A stretch of 64,000 nt of DNA from Microcoleus sp. (GTDB lineage Bacteria; Cyanobacteriota; Cyanobacteriia; Cyanobacteriales; Microcoleaceae), in NCBI GenBank assembly GCA_052279835.1, contig CP181291.1, positions 2,464,001-2,528,000 of the forward strand, read 5' to 3'. The notes beneath the pieces were generated by a model. It saw only the letters and a program-made list of their open reading frames with translations. It was not told the DNA's origin and ran no database searches. Shown here in pieces: positions 29,533 to 39,502 of the stretch. Position numbers and translations under genes: made by a program. Each line of letters starts with the position of its first letter. The stretch's first letter is position 1.

Positions 29533-29696
29533 TTATAACTGAGATAGCAACCTGTCGTACTCTGCGTGTGAACCAACCCAAAACTAAATCGCGTTATCTC
29601 CATCCAACTGACCAACGGCTCGATAGTTGTTGCTGATTCTAGCAGAGTAGATTGGTAACTCTGGATGCACTTTTTTGAAACGCAGACTTGGATAAC
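29533..29696 (-). pseudogene. second fragment of the same ParE/RelE-like toxin, with internal stop
   Basis: near-identical to 26214-26377; Trp TGG changed to TAG. Confidence 0.8.
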
Positions 29697-29758
29697 GGCG
29701 ATCCAATAGCTGCAAGCTTCGTTAACGCATCTTGCTCACTTGCAGACAAGGTTTTTAA

Positions 29759-30125
29759 CTACAACTCTTCTATCATCACCAATCCACCTTCTGTGAACTG
29801 AATTACAAGTTCTTGCTCGTTAAGCAAAGCAGTTCCAATCAGAGGCCTTCGCCCTGTAGCGAATATACGAACTTCTCGTTCTTCCCCGTCCCAAAGGATG
29901 ATTGCTTCGTGAACTGCTACTAGGACTTCACTGTTATCTGCTAAGTTTACAGGCAGATCGTACAGGAAGGGCAACCCTAGCAAGGTAACTGCCTCCGGTG
30001 GCAAACATAGGTAGTCAGTGAACCCCGTGTCTATGACAAACTCGATCGGGAAAGTCAAGCCTCTTGGGAGGAGAAACGTCAACAAGGGCGATCGCGTGCC
30101 GATCGGTCACAATACCAGAAATCAC
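29759..30125 (-). pseudogene. clan AA (retroviral-like) aspartic protease, +1 frameshift near the 5' end
   Basis: VIDTGF catalytic motif and PLIGTALL; the GTG at 30125 (MISGIVTDRHAIA) is out of frame with the body by one base. Confidence 0.7.
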
Positions 30126-30394
30126 TTGTTAACACGCTCCATTACACCACCAAATGAGGCAGCCACATTGTAACCAATACGAATGCCAAAAAGTCGAGCA
30201 TACGGATGCTTTACTCTCAGACTACGTGCGGCTTTTAGCCCAGTTTTATCAACTTCGTAATCACCTGTTTCAATGTCAATGATGACCATTTTGCCAATAT
30301 TTTCTTCTAACTCTATTTTTTGGCGGATGGTGCTCTCATACAAATGTTTCGCACGACGCGCAACTTCTTCACGACTCAAAAGAATTGTTTGCAT
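30122..30394 (-). CDS. small hypothetical protein, usual upstream partner of clan AA proteases
   Basis: GKMVIIDIETGDYEVD motif; overlaps the protease start (GTGA). Confidence 0.75.
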   Translation of the reverse strand: MQTILLSREEVARRAKHLYESTIRQKIELEENIGKMVIIDIETGDYEVDKTGLKAARSLRVKHPYARLFGIRIGYNVAASFGGVMERVNK

Positions 30395-30450
30395 ACATTT
30401 CCTCTTTTTTGTAATTCTTGCTCTTGTTATGGATATGATAGCTCACTACT

Positions 30451-30669
30451 TTACAATGTTTCTGGATCGAGTTCTTGGGTTTTACCTGCGCGATACTCAG
30501 CCATTGCGGAGGCTGCAAGTTTGGCAAGAACATCGGGAGAACTAGAAAATGCTCGATCCCATCTTAGATCGTCTTGAAGTTCTTCCAAAATCATTGAGGC
30601 TAACGCATCTTGCTCACTTGCAGACAAGGTTTTCAACTTAGCGATCGCACGCTCAAGTAACTCAGTCAT
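30451..30669 (-). CDS. putative antitoxin of the ParE/RelE-like toxin
   Basis: MTELLERAIAKLKTL...EQDA...RWDRAF...AMAEYRAGKT pattern; shares its upstream region with the toxin fragment. Confidence 0.75.
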   Translation of the reverse strand: MTELLERAIAKLKTLSASEQDALASMILEELQDDLRWDRAFSSSPDVLAKLAASAMAEYRAGKTQELDPETL

Positions 30670-30843
30670 GGCTAGCACTCTCTTAGCATCAAAATGGTAT
30701 CTTATTTATTGTCGCTTATTCCTTGCAAGTTGAGCGACTTTCAACTTGCGAGGGTGCGATCGCCCTTTCCAAAAATAGCAATCTTCGCAGAACAATAATA
30801 CTAGAAACTAAAAGAGCGATCGCACGCTTATTGAAGGCTACTG

Positions 30844-31050
30844 TTACAGATATTCTTCCCTAATCCCAGCATCCTTAAGAATACTTCTTAAGGTTCCAGT
30901 AGGTAAGTCTCTATTGCTATGCACAGGAATAGAGAGGATAACTGCAACATCCTCTTTTGCGTAGATATGATGGCTACCAGTAATTCTTTTTAGTTCCCAA
31001 CCATATCGCTCAACAATTTTGCAGAGTGCTTTGCCAGAAACAGATTTCAT
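30844..31050 (-). CDS. hicA: HicA family toxin
   Basis: GWELKRITGSHHIY, IPVH...DLPTGTLRSILKDAG. Confidence 0.9.
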   Translation of the reverse strand: MKSVSGKALCKIVERYGWELKRITGSHHIYAKEDVAVILSIPVHSNRDLPTGTLRSILKDAGIREEYL

Positions 31051-31247
31051 AGAGATAACTCAATTAACTGTTTATCGGGCGCAAGTTCATTTTGCTGACT
31101 GGCGACTTCAAGCCAACCCTGAACAGCATCTTCCAGCATCTCTAACAATTGTTCGTAACTCTCTCCCCATGTGTGACAACCTGGAAGTGCTGGAACTGAG
31201 CCGCACCATACGCCATCTTCTTGCCAGATAATCGCCTTAATCTTCAT
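31047..31247 (-). CDS. hicB: short HicB family antitoxin
   Basis: VPALPGCHTWGES...LEDAVQGWL. Confidence 0.9.
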   Translation of the reverse strand: MKIKAIIWQEDGVWCGSVPALPGCHTWGESYEQLLEMLEDAVQGWLEVASQQNELAPDKQLIELSL

Positions 31248-31365
31248 GAGCAATCTCTCATAGCTATCTGAATAGGATTTTAGCGCATCGCTTCAAAACT
31301 TGCGATGGCGCGATCGACCCACTGGTAATTTTGAGGTATTGGATATTGCGATCCAGCGTTGGGAA

Positions 31366-31959
31366 CTACAATTCATCAATCGTCAAAGCCAAGCCCGTCC
31401 ATAATGCCTCAATCGCATCAGAGATAGCGCGATCTGTGTCAGTAGATTTATGTAAGCCAATATTTTCAGACAACGCAAGGTTATGCAAGTATGAGAGTAT
31501 GAGTGCTGCTGACGAGGCAACATTGTCTTTGCGAATTCGCCCTAATTCTGCCTCAGCATTCAGATATTCTGTCAGCTTACTGCCAAGTTGTATCCCAGGC
31601 ATGGTGTGACGTTTCAAAAAGGTTTGCAGATCGAAAGATGGATGGCTGATGAGTGATAAAAAAACTGGCATCACTTCACGGAAGTAGACAACAATCTGCA
31701 AGCTCACCGATTTCAGGTTTGTAGTCACTTGTTTCTGACCGGGCTGAACGCTGAATATTACCTCAAGTTGAGCTTCTGGTGGAACCATCGCAGCAAAGAA
31801 AAGATCTTCTTTCGTGCCAAATCGCTGAAAAATAACCGCCTCAGAAATCCCAGCCATTTTAGCTAGAGTCCGTGTAGAAGCTTTTGCCCCCTCTTTAAGA
31901 AAGAGCGATCGCGCCACAGCGAGAATGTATTCATCTGTAACGGTTTTATGGCGGGGCAT
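31366..31959 (-). CDS. TetR/AcrR-family regulator
   Basis: ASTRTLAKMAGISEAVIFQRFGTKEDLF. Confidence 0.92.
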   Translation of the reverse strand: MPRHKTVTDEYILAVARSLFLKEGAKASTRTLAKMAGISEAVIFQRFGTKEDLFFAAMVPPEAQLEVIFSVQPGQKQVTTNLKSVSLQIVVYFREVMPVFLSLISHPSFDLQTFLKRHTMPGIQLGSKLTEYLNAEAELGRIRKDNVASSAALILSYLHNLALSENIGLHKSTDTDRAISDAIEALWTGLALTIDEL

Positions 31960-31995
31960 TAAATTTTATTCAGGTTTAAGTTTGTTTGAGCGTGT

Positions 31996-32439
31996 TTACA
32001 AAACAATACCGTGTTCTCGGCGAATTTCGATTATGGATTGTTGTTTGAGCTTGGAAAGTTCCTCCACATTTAGCCTCTTTTTCATGCGTAGGCTCTTGAC
32101 AATGATACCGATGATGCGTGGAAGGGATTTAAACCAGATGCCAATCAACTTGAGGTGCCCAATACCAGACAAAACATTGCGATGTTCTTGGTTGGCAACT
32201 GCGCGATGCATTTCACTGATTTTTGCTGTTGTAGCAAAAACCATCCATATGTGGACAGCAATTTCGTCCTGAATAGAAGTGCCGCAATTAAACAAGACGT
32301 GTACTGCATCATGTTGCTCGAATGCTTGTGTTATTTCCGCTGACATTTTATTTGTCATGTCACTTTCGTCTGATGCACGCAATTTGTGAATCGCCTCGCC
32401 GAGGGTAATTGAAAACTCCGAACCAAAATGCTCATTCAT
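31996..32439 (-). CDS. Coq4-like metal-binding protein
   Basis: HDAVH-x11-E, matching the Coq4 HDxxH(x)11E motif; start set at ATG 32439. Confidence 0.6.
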   Translation of the reverse strand: MNEHFGSEFSITLGEAIHKLRASDESDMTNKMSAEITQAFEQHDAVHVLFNCGTSIQDEIAVHIWMVFATTAKISEMHRAVANQEHRNVLSGIGHLKLIGIWFKSLPRIIGIIVKSLRMKKRLNVEELSKLKQQSIIEIRREHGIVL

Positions 32440-32544
32440 GACAATGTTCCTCTCTTGTATAGGCTGATAAACAATATAAGCAAGCACTTGCTCATTTAAT
32501 TGTATCGCAGTTGCGGTCTCAGACTCCGATCGCCCCAAAAACAA

Positions 32545-32585
32545 AAATCCCCAAACCCTATTTTTAAAAGAGTTTGGGGGTTTTC
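32545..32585 (-). terminator. terminator hairpin after ndhD1
   Basis: AAAATCCCCAAAC...GTTTGGGGGTTTT inverted repeat. Confidence 0.65.
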
Positions 32586-32604
32586 TTCCTAAATCGAGTT
32601 CAAA

Positions 32605-34191
32605 TTACAACTTACTAGGCTCGATCGCCGGAGCACGCAAAGACACCGTTTTATCAGCAGCAGCCTTAGCCACCAAAGAAGGCACAGAATCGCGCAATCT
32701 TGCCGTCAACTGAACAGTCGTCGCATCATAAACCTGAGTCAACATCTTCGGATACAAACCAATGCCAATAATCGGCACTAACAGCGCAGCAATGATAAAC
32801 ACTTCACGCGGTTCTGCATCGACCAATTCTTCATGTTCCACCAATTCCTTATTTTCAGGCCCGTAGAAGATTTCGCGCAGCATTGAAAGCAGATAAATCG
32901 GAGTCAAAATCACCCCGACAGCAGCTAAACATACCACGCAAACCTTAAATACTGGATTGTAAGCATCGCTGGTGGCAAAACCTACAAACACCATCAATTC
33001 TGCTACAAAACCGCTCATTCCCGGCAATGCTAAAGATGCCATTGAGCAAGCTGTCCACATGGCGAAAACCTTACGCATTTTCTGCCCAACACCGCCCATT
33101 TCGTCGAGCATGAGGGTGTGAGTGCGATCGTAAGTACAACCAACCATAAAGAACAAACTCGCCCCAATTAAACCGTGGGAAACCATTTGCAGCATTGCAC
33201 CGCTAATTCCCAAATCGGTAAACGAAGCTATCCCAATTAGCACAAAGCCCATGTGGGAAATCGAAGAATAAGCAATTTTCCGCTTCAAATTGCGCTGAGC
33301 GAAAGAAGTTAAGGCGGCGTAAACAATGTTTACCACACCCAAAATTACCAAAATCGGTGCGAAGACAGCATGAGCATCTGGGAGCATTCCTGCATTCATC
33401 CGCAACAAAGCGTAGCCACCCATTTTGAGCAGAATTCCTGCTAGCAACATATGGGCTGGTGCGGTGGCTTCGCCGTGAGCGTCGGGGAGCCAAGTGTGTA
33501 GGGGGAAAATCGGCAGTTTGACACCGTAAGCTATTAGGAAACCTGCGTATAGTAGCAATTCGATATTGGGGGCGAAGTCTTTAAGTGCGATCGCCCGCAT
33601 ATCAAAAGTTACCGTATCGCCATAAAAGGCCATCGTCAGCGCACCAACCAAAATAAACAGCGAACCGCCCGCCGTGTAGAGAATAAACTTAGTTGCTGCG
33701 TAGAGCCGTTTTTTGCCACCCCAGATGGACAAAATCAGGTAAATCGGCACTAATTCTAATTCCCAAACCAGGAAAAATAGCAACATATCCTGCACGGCAA
33801 AAACTGCGATTTGGCCGCCGTACATTGTCAGCATCAAAAAGTAAAATAGCTTCGGTTTAAACGTAACTGGCCAAGCTGCTAAAGTAGCTAAAGTAGTAAT
33901 AAAACCCGTCAGCAAAATCAGCGGCATCGATAAACCATCAGCACCGACAGACCAATTCAAATCCAGTTGCTGTACCCAAGTATAACTTTCTACCAGTTGC
34001 AGTCCCGGATTGCTGAAGTCGTACTGAGTGTAAAAAGCGTAAACAAGCAGAGCAAAATCAATCAAACCGACAATCAAAGCATACCACCGCACCGTCTTGC
34101 CATCCTTATCGGGAATTAAAGGAATCAGCAAAGCCGCAGCAATAGGAAACAGGATTGTTGTGGTTAACCAGGGAAAGTTAGCTGTATCCAT
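32605..34191 (-). CDS. ndhD1: NAD(P)H-quinone oxidoreductase subunit 4
   Basis: [23 protein letters not shown]; follows ndhF1. Confidence 0.95.
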   Translation of the reverse strand: MDTANFPWLTTTILFPIAAALLIPLIPDKDGKTVRWYALIVGLIDFALLVYAFYTQYDFSNPGLQLVESYTWVQQLDLNWSVGADGLSMPLILLTGFITTLATLAAWPVTFKPKLFYFLMLTMYGGQIAVFAVQDMLLFFLVWELELVPIYLILSIWGGKKRLYAATKFILYTAGGSLFILVGALTMAFYGDTVTFDMRAIALKDFAPNIELLLYAGFLIAYGVKLPIFPLHTWLPDAHGEATAPAHMLLAGILLKMGGYALLRMNAGMLPDAHAVFAPILVILGVVNIVYAALTSFAQRNLKRKIAYSSISHMGFVLIGIASFTDLGISGAMLQMVSHGLIGASLFFMVGCTYDRTHTLMLDEMGGVGQKMRKVFAMWTACSMASLALPGMSGFVAELMVFVGFATSDAYNPVFKVCVVCLAAVGVILTPIYLLSMLREIFYGPENKELVEHEELVDAEPREVFIIAALLVPIIGIGLYPKMLTQVYDATTVQLTARLRDSVPSLVAKAAADKTVSLRAPAIEPSKL

Positions 34192-34424
34192 TGCGTTTTA
34201 AAATTATCCATCAATTATTAGGTTTAAACATATTTTGGCAAGTTTGGGCTAAATTTTATACTTTCTTTATACGAAGCCGAGTTTTTGCAATAATTGCTAC
34301 GAATTATGCGATCGCAGAAGTTGAGTTTAATCAAAGATTTATTTCTATTGGCTAATTGTCAATTGTGAGTTATTAAGCTAATACCAGTTCTTAAAATATG
34401 TTCTGGTGGGAAACGATCGTGCCG

Positions 34425-34654
34425 ATTGGTGTCAACTTAACTCTAAAAACCTTTGTATCTCTTGTCGATCGCTGAGTTCAGATCCCCCTAAATCCCCCTT
34501 CAGAAGGGGGACTTTGAGAGAATACTCTTATTCCATCATGGGGACTTTGAGAGAATACTCTTGTTCCCCCCTTATTAAGGGGGGTTAGGGGGGATCTAGA
34601 CTTCGAGACAAACAAAAGATACGGTTGGTTTGACGTTAATTTGACACTAATGGC
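34425..34654. repeat. nested palindromic repeat element (outer IR plus inner CCCCCTAAATCCCCCTT...AAGGGGGGTTAGGGGG unit)
   Basis: ATTGGTGTCAACTTAAC / GTTAATTTGACACTAAT outer IR; internal direct repeat GGGGACTTTGAGAGAATACTCTT x2. Confidence 0.75.
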
Positions 34655-34666
34655 AATGCCGTTTCC

Positions 34667-36721
34667 CTACAGATTTAGCTGACTCCAGAAACGATCGCAA
34701 AACCCAGAAACTGCGACAAACACAATCAGGGCATAAAATTGAGCGCGACCGTTTTCAATGTATTTCAATCCTTCGCCTGTTACCAGGGCGAGAAAACCAG
34801 TCAAATTGACCACACCATCGACGACTCGCAAATCCACTTCCATGACTTGCCGCGCTAAACGGCGACTGCCTTTGACAAACAGAAATTCGTTGATGTCGTC
34901 GAGATACCACTTGTTGAGGGAGAATTCGTAAAGCGGTTTGATTTTTTGGGCGATCGCCCCAGCATCAATTTTTCGGCTCAAATACATCAGGGAAGCCAAA
35001 GTAATGCCCAGCAAAGCAATACCCACAGAGCTGCCGCCCATGATCAGAAATTCCGTCAAATCGAACTCGGCGGCGTGTTCCAATACTTCTTCCAGAGACT
35101 CGCCAGGCGCGCGCACAAACTGCTCGAAATAATTGGCAAAGGGCGTACCGACAAAACCGATAAATACCGAAGGTACAGCCAGCAACACTAACGGCAGAGC
35201 CATTGTCAGAGGAGATTCGTGAGGCAAATGGTCGTGTGCGTCGTGACTTTCGTCAGTTGATGTCAATTCCTTGACGTTCATCGCCCCTGGGCCGAAAACC
35301 AGATTCGGTTGCAGCAGTTGCTGTTTGATGGCGTTGTTATTGCCCCGGAATTCGCCCTCAAAGGTGCTGAAATACATCCGAAACATATAAAACGCGGTCA
35401 TCCCGGCAGTCAGCCAGCTCACAGCCCACAGAGCCGGATTTGCTTGGAAAGCTTGGGCGAGGATTTCGTCTTTTGACCAAAAACCGGCAAACGGCGGAAT
35501 GCCGCAGATTGCCAAATTTCCGATTAAGAAGCAAGAAGCCGTAATCGGCATATATTTCCGCAAGCCGCCCATGACTCGCATATCTTGAGCCAGTACGGGG
35601 TTGTGGCCGACAACTGCTTCCATGCCGTGAATCACTGAACCGGAACACAGGAACAGCATCGCTTTGAAGTAAGCGTGTGTCATCAAGTGGAACAGTCCGG
35701 CACTGTAAGCGCCGACGCCCATTGCCATTACCATGTAGCCCAATTGGGAGATGGTGGAGTAGGCTAGGCCTTTTTTGATGTCATTTTGGGTAATGGCGAT
35801 CGAAGCGCCCATAAATGCCGTAAAACAGCCTGTATAGGCGATTAAATTCATGACTGCTGGCAACCCTTCAAATACTGGGTACATCCGAGCGATCAGGAAT
35901 ACGCCGGCGGCTACCATTGTGGCGGCGTGGATCAGGGCCGAAATCGGTGTGGGGCCTTCCATGGCGTCTGGTAGCCAGACGTGGAGGGGGAATTGAGCGG
36001 ATTTGGCGGCTGGGCCCAAAAATATCAGGACTCCGAAGATTGTTGCCAAAGTGGCGCTCAGGGCACCGGATTCGACTAAGGAGTGCAGGCGATCGCCCAT
36101 CACGTTAAATTCAAAGCTACCGGTGGCCCAGTAAATGCCGAGGATGCCCAGCAGCAGGCCGAAGTCGCCGACGCGGTTGGTGACGAAGGCTTTTTGGCAG
36201 GCGTCAGCAGCGGGTTTGCGATCGTACCAAAATCCGACTAGCAGGTATGAACACATACCTACCAGTTCCCAGAAAATGTAAATCTGAACGATGTTCGGGC
36301 TGATTACTAGACCTAGCATTGAGGCGCTGAAGATGCTGAGGTAGGCGTAAAAACGCACGTACCCGTCATCGTGAGCCATGTAGCCATCGGTATAAATCAT
36401 CACTAAAAAGGCGACCGTAGTGACGATCGCCAACATGACCGAGGTCAGGGGGTCGATGACGTAGCCCATATTCAGCGAGAAGTCCCCAGCAGAAGCCCAC
36501 TGAATAGTGCGGGTGTAGGGTGCGTGACCCTGTAGTTGACTCCACAACAATGCAAAAGAGAGTACCATTGACCCTCCGAGCGTGGAGACGATTAGTATCG
36601 CATTCCCTTGCCGGAGTTTGTTGGTGGCTTGGTTAAAGGTGATTAAGCCTAGACCTACTAGCATTGCGCCTGCCAGTGGCAGGACTGGAATTAGCCAAGC
36701 GTATTGATAAAGCAGTTCCAT
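34667..36721 (-). CDS. ndhF1: NAD(P)H-quinone oxidoreductase subunit 5 (apparent +1 frameshift in the last codons)
   Basis: KSAQFPLHVWLPDAMEGPTPISALIHAATMV, THAYFKAMLFL. Confidence 0.95.
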   Translation of the reverse strand: MELLYQYAWLIPVLPLAGAMLVGLGLITFNQATNKLRQGNAILIVSTLGGSMVLSFALLWSQLQGHAPYTRTIQWASAGDFSLNMGYVIDPLTSVMLAIVTTVAFLVMIYTDGYMAHDDGYVRFYAYLSIFSASMLGLVISPNIVQIYIFWELVGMCSYLLVGFWYDRKPAADACQKAFVTNRVGDFGLLLGILGIYWATGSFEFNVMGDRLHSLVESGALSATLATIFGVLIFLGPAAKSAQFPLHVWLPDAMEGPTPISALIHAATMVAAGVFLIARMYPVFEGLPAVMNLIAYTGCFTAFMGASIAITQNDIKKGLAYSTISQLGYMVMAMGVGAYSAGLFHLMTHAYFKAMLFLCSGSVIHGMEAVVGHNPVLAQDMRVMGGLRKYMPITASCFLIGNLAICGIPPFAGFWSKDEILAQAFQANPALWAVSWLTAGMTAFYMFRMYFSTFEGEFRGNNNAIKQQLLQPNLVFGPGAMNVKELTSTDESHDAHDHLPHESPLTMALPLVLLAVPSVFIGFVGTPFANYFEQFVRAPGESLEEVLEHAAEFDLTEFLIMGGSSVGIALLGITLASLMYLSRKIDAGAIAQKIKPLYEFSLNKWYLDDINEFLFVKGSRRLARQVMEVDLRVVDGVVNLTGFLALVTGEGLKYIENGRAQFYALIVFVAVSGFCDRFWSQLNL

Positions 36722-37017
36722 GACTGATGAAGTTTAAAGTTTCTACTAGATTGACAAAACTGTAAACAATTGTCACACAAGCCTGCATGAATGGGTAAAA
36801 ATGCTTGATTTTTTTAGAAGTATCCTGCGTAGGGGGTATTATCAATATACCGCTTCGGTTAATGTGGGGATTTCGGCGGTTAACTAAATTACACATATTA
36901 ATCTGCTAATAGATGCTGCTCCGGTGCAACCGGAATTGATATTACCTGCACAATAGAAATTATATCCCCGAAGTTTTTAATAATTCGGGGATATAATCGC
37001 TATGGCACTTAAAAATG

Positions 37018-37398
37018 CTACCTGTTGACTGCTTCCTGGGGTTGCAGCCGTTGACTTGGGGCATATACCCCAGAGGTCGCCAGCATCCAGGAGTCGAGAG
37101 TCCGGCGCAGTTCCTCCCGTCCTTGGTAATGTTCAAATCTAAATCGAACTTTGTCCCCTTCAAACAAAATCAGCGTCGGGAGACTTGTCAGGCGATAAGT
37201 GTTGGCTAATTTGAAACTTTCATCCGCATTCACCCCTAGGAGCTTGACTTTGCCTGCCCACTGTGCTTCAAATGTTGTGAGTGTGGGGTCGATCGCGCGG
37301 CACAGACCGCACCAGGGCGCCCAAAAATGAACTAAAACGGGGGTAGACGCTTGAAAAACCTCTTGTGCAAAAGTGCGTTCGCTAACGGACAACACCAT
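37018..37398 (-). CDS. thioredoxin-family protein (atypical WCGLC, TrxC-like)
   Basis: VLVHFWAPWCGLC, LPTLILF. Confidence 0.85.
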   Translation of the reverse strand: MVLSVSERTFAQEVFQASTPVLVHFWAPWCGLCRAIDPTLTTFEAQWAGKVKLLGVNADESFKLANTYRLTSLPTLILFEGDKVRFRFEHYQGREELRRTLDSWMLATSGVYAPSQRLQPQEAVNR

Positions 37399-37442
37399 GA
37401 TCCCTCAAAAATTAATAAATTTTTTCTATCCTAGGGATCATG

Positions 37443-38156
37443 CTACCAGTATATGTTCCCAGTCGCACGCATCAAAAAAGGATGAATTTTCCACAGTAAG
37501 CTAGTAAAAATGACTACACCTACATAGGAAGGGCGCAAAAACTCAAGCAAATCAAGGCTTTGACGTTTTTGGAGGATAGCCAAAAATGGCAAAATTGATG
37601 TCCGAGATTTGATGGTTTCAAAGGATTCGCCAAAACGGGCCTGAAGTCGCCTGTCACCGTGCCATACTCCGAACAGGTGGTGAAGTACCAAACCAATGGA
37701 AGTCAGGAGGGTAAAGCTAGTGCCAATCCAGAGGGTGTGGGCTATGCACCAAATCACCTGTCCTACCATTTGCGGGTGACGGGTGATACGGATGATGCCG
37801 GTTTCGTAGAGGTGAACTTCGGGTTTTTGGATGGCGGCAATTTCGAGGAGGTTGAAAGTTGCTGGGTATAGAAACAGGAAAGAAATTGCCGAAAGTATCC
37901 AAACTAGGGGTTTGATAGCGGGGATGCCTTGTAGCTGCCAAAGCTGTATACCGTCGTAGCGGTGGTTGAAAAAGTAGACAATCAGAATGACTGCTAGGGG
38001 CAAACTGACTAGGGCAAATAAAACGCGGTAAAGTCTTGCCCCTATGAGCTTTTCAGCTTTGGGGCGGAGGGCTGCTAAACCGCTGTGGGCGGAGGCAAAA
38101 CCGAGTAAAAGTCCGAGAATAATTAAGTGGGAGTTGAGCGCCAAGTCGATCGTCAT
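37443..38156 (-). CDS. NnrU family protein (15-cis-zeta-carotene isomerase-like)
   Basis: HSGLAALRP, YPATFNLLEIAA, GIIRITRHPQ, WHGDRRL. Confidence 0.85.
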   Translation of the reverse strand: MTIDLALNSHLIILGLLLGFASAHSGLAALRPKAEKLIGARLYRVLFALVSLPLAVILIVYFFNHRYDGIQLWQLQGIPAIKPLVWILSAISFLFLYPATFNLLEIAAIQKPEVHLYETGIIRITRHPQMVGQVIWCIAHTLWIGTSFTLLTSIGLVLHHLFGVWHGDRRLQARFGESFETIKSRTSILPFLAILQKRQSLDLLEFLRPSYVGVVIFTSLLWKIHPFLMRATGNIYW

Positions 38157-39502
38157 CAGAAAAATGGGTAGAAACCCCGTCCTTTTAGGACGGCTTTACT
38201 TGAAGTTTTGTTAAAACCTGCTATTTCACACGGGACTTGCTAGAGTGTGAAAGTAACGCGCTCAAGGTGAGCATGACACTAAAAGCCTTCAGCTATCGAT
38301 TCTACCCAACGCCGGAACAAGAAAGTTTGTTGCGACGCACACTGGGCTGTACCCGTTTGGTCTATAACCGTGCTTTAGTCGCAAGGACCCAAGGATGGTA
38401 TGAAGATCAAAAGAGAATCGGCTATGCTGAAACTTCTAGTATGTTAACCGAAGGTCAGAAAACGGAAGAACTGGATTTTCTTAATGAAGTTAGCTGCGTG
38501 CCATTGCAGCAATGTTTGCGACACCTGCAAACAGCTTATACTAACTTCTTTGATGGGCGAGCGAAATACCCCAATTTTAAGAAAAAGCGGAATGGCGGTA
38601 GCGCAGAGTTTACCAAATCTGCTTTTAAGTTTAAAAACGGACAAGTCTACTTAGCAAAGTGCGCGCAAGCACTGCCTATTCGCTGGAGTCGAACACTGCC
38701 GAGCGGTGCGACACCATCAACCTTAAGTGTGAAGCTTGCACCGTCTGGTAGGTGGTCAGTCTCTCTCTTGGTAGATGTTGAGATTAAGACGTTACCCTCC
38801 TGCGACAATCAAGTTGGCATTGACTTAGGAATTGCGAGTTTACTCACTCTGGACACTGGTGAAAAAATTACCAATCCCAAAGGATTTAAGGCAAAGTATC
38901 GAAAACTCAGGAGAGCGCAGAAATCTTTAAGCTGAAAGCAAAAAGGGTCTAACAACCGCCACAAAGCACGACTCAAAGTAGCGAGAGTGCATCAAGAAAT
39001 TACTGATGCAAGAAAAGATAACCTTCACAAACTAACCACTCAACTGGTGCGCGAAAACCAAACAATTGCCATTGAGGACTTAGCTGTGAAAAACATGGTT
39101 AAAAATCGGAAACTCGCCCTAGCTATCAGTGATGCAAGTTGGGGTGAGTTGGTCAGACAACTTGAATACAAGTGCAAGTGGTACGGCCGTACTTTAATCA
39201 AGATTGACCGATGGTTTCCGAGTTCAAAACGATGTGGCAATTGTGGCCACATCGTTGAAAAGATGCCGTTGAATATCCGGGAATGGGATTGTCCTAATTG
39301 CGGGACGCACCATGACCGAAACATCAATGCAGCAAAGAACATTTTGGCGGCAGGGCTTGCCGTTGCAGTCTGTGGAGCGACCGTAAGACCCGAACAGAGT
39401 AAATCTGTGAAGGCTGGTGCGAAACCCCGTCAGGGACAGAAGCAGAAACCTAAATCGTAAGGTTTGGGAATCCCCATGCGTTCACGCCGGGGAGGATGTC
39501 AA
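38157..39502 (+). mobile_element. IS200/IS605-family element carrying tnpB only (non-autonomous)
   Basis: left-end hairpin CCGTCC-TTTTA-GGACGG, right-end hairpin ending TCAA, preceded by TCAT; no tnpA. Confidence 0.88.
38273..39460 (+). pseudogene. tnpB: tnpB with in-frame stop
   Basis: YRFYPTPEQ, GIDLG, IEDL, zinc finger; TGA at 38933-38935 splits the ORF in frame; RuvC-III reads DRNINAA. Confidence 0.9.

Noticed and set aside
25644..31365. Classical integron with attC sites
   Set aside because: No integrase, and no consistent RYYYAAC...GTTRRRY hairpins after each gene; only an isolated GTTAAAC within the duplicated trailer
32440..32544. Longer TTG-started version of the Coq4-like ORF
   Set aside because: The extension covers the palindromic operator and promoter; ATG 32439 has an AGAGGA RBS
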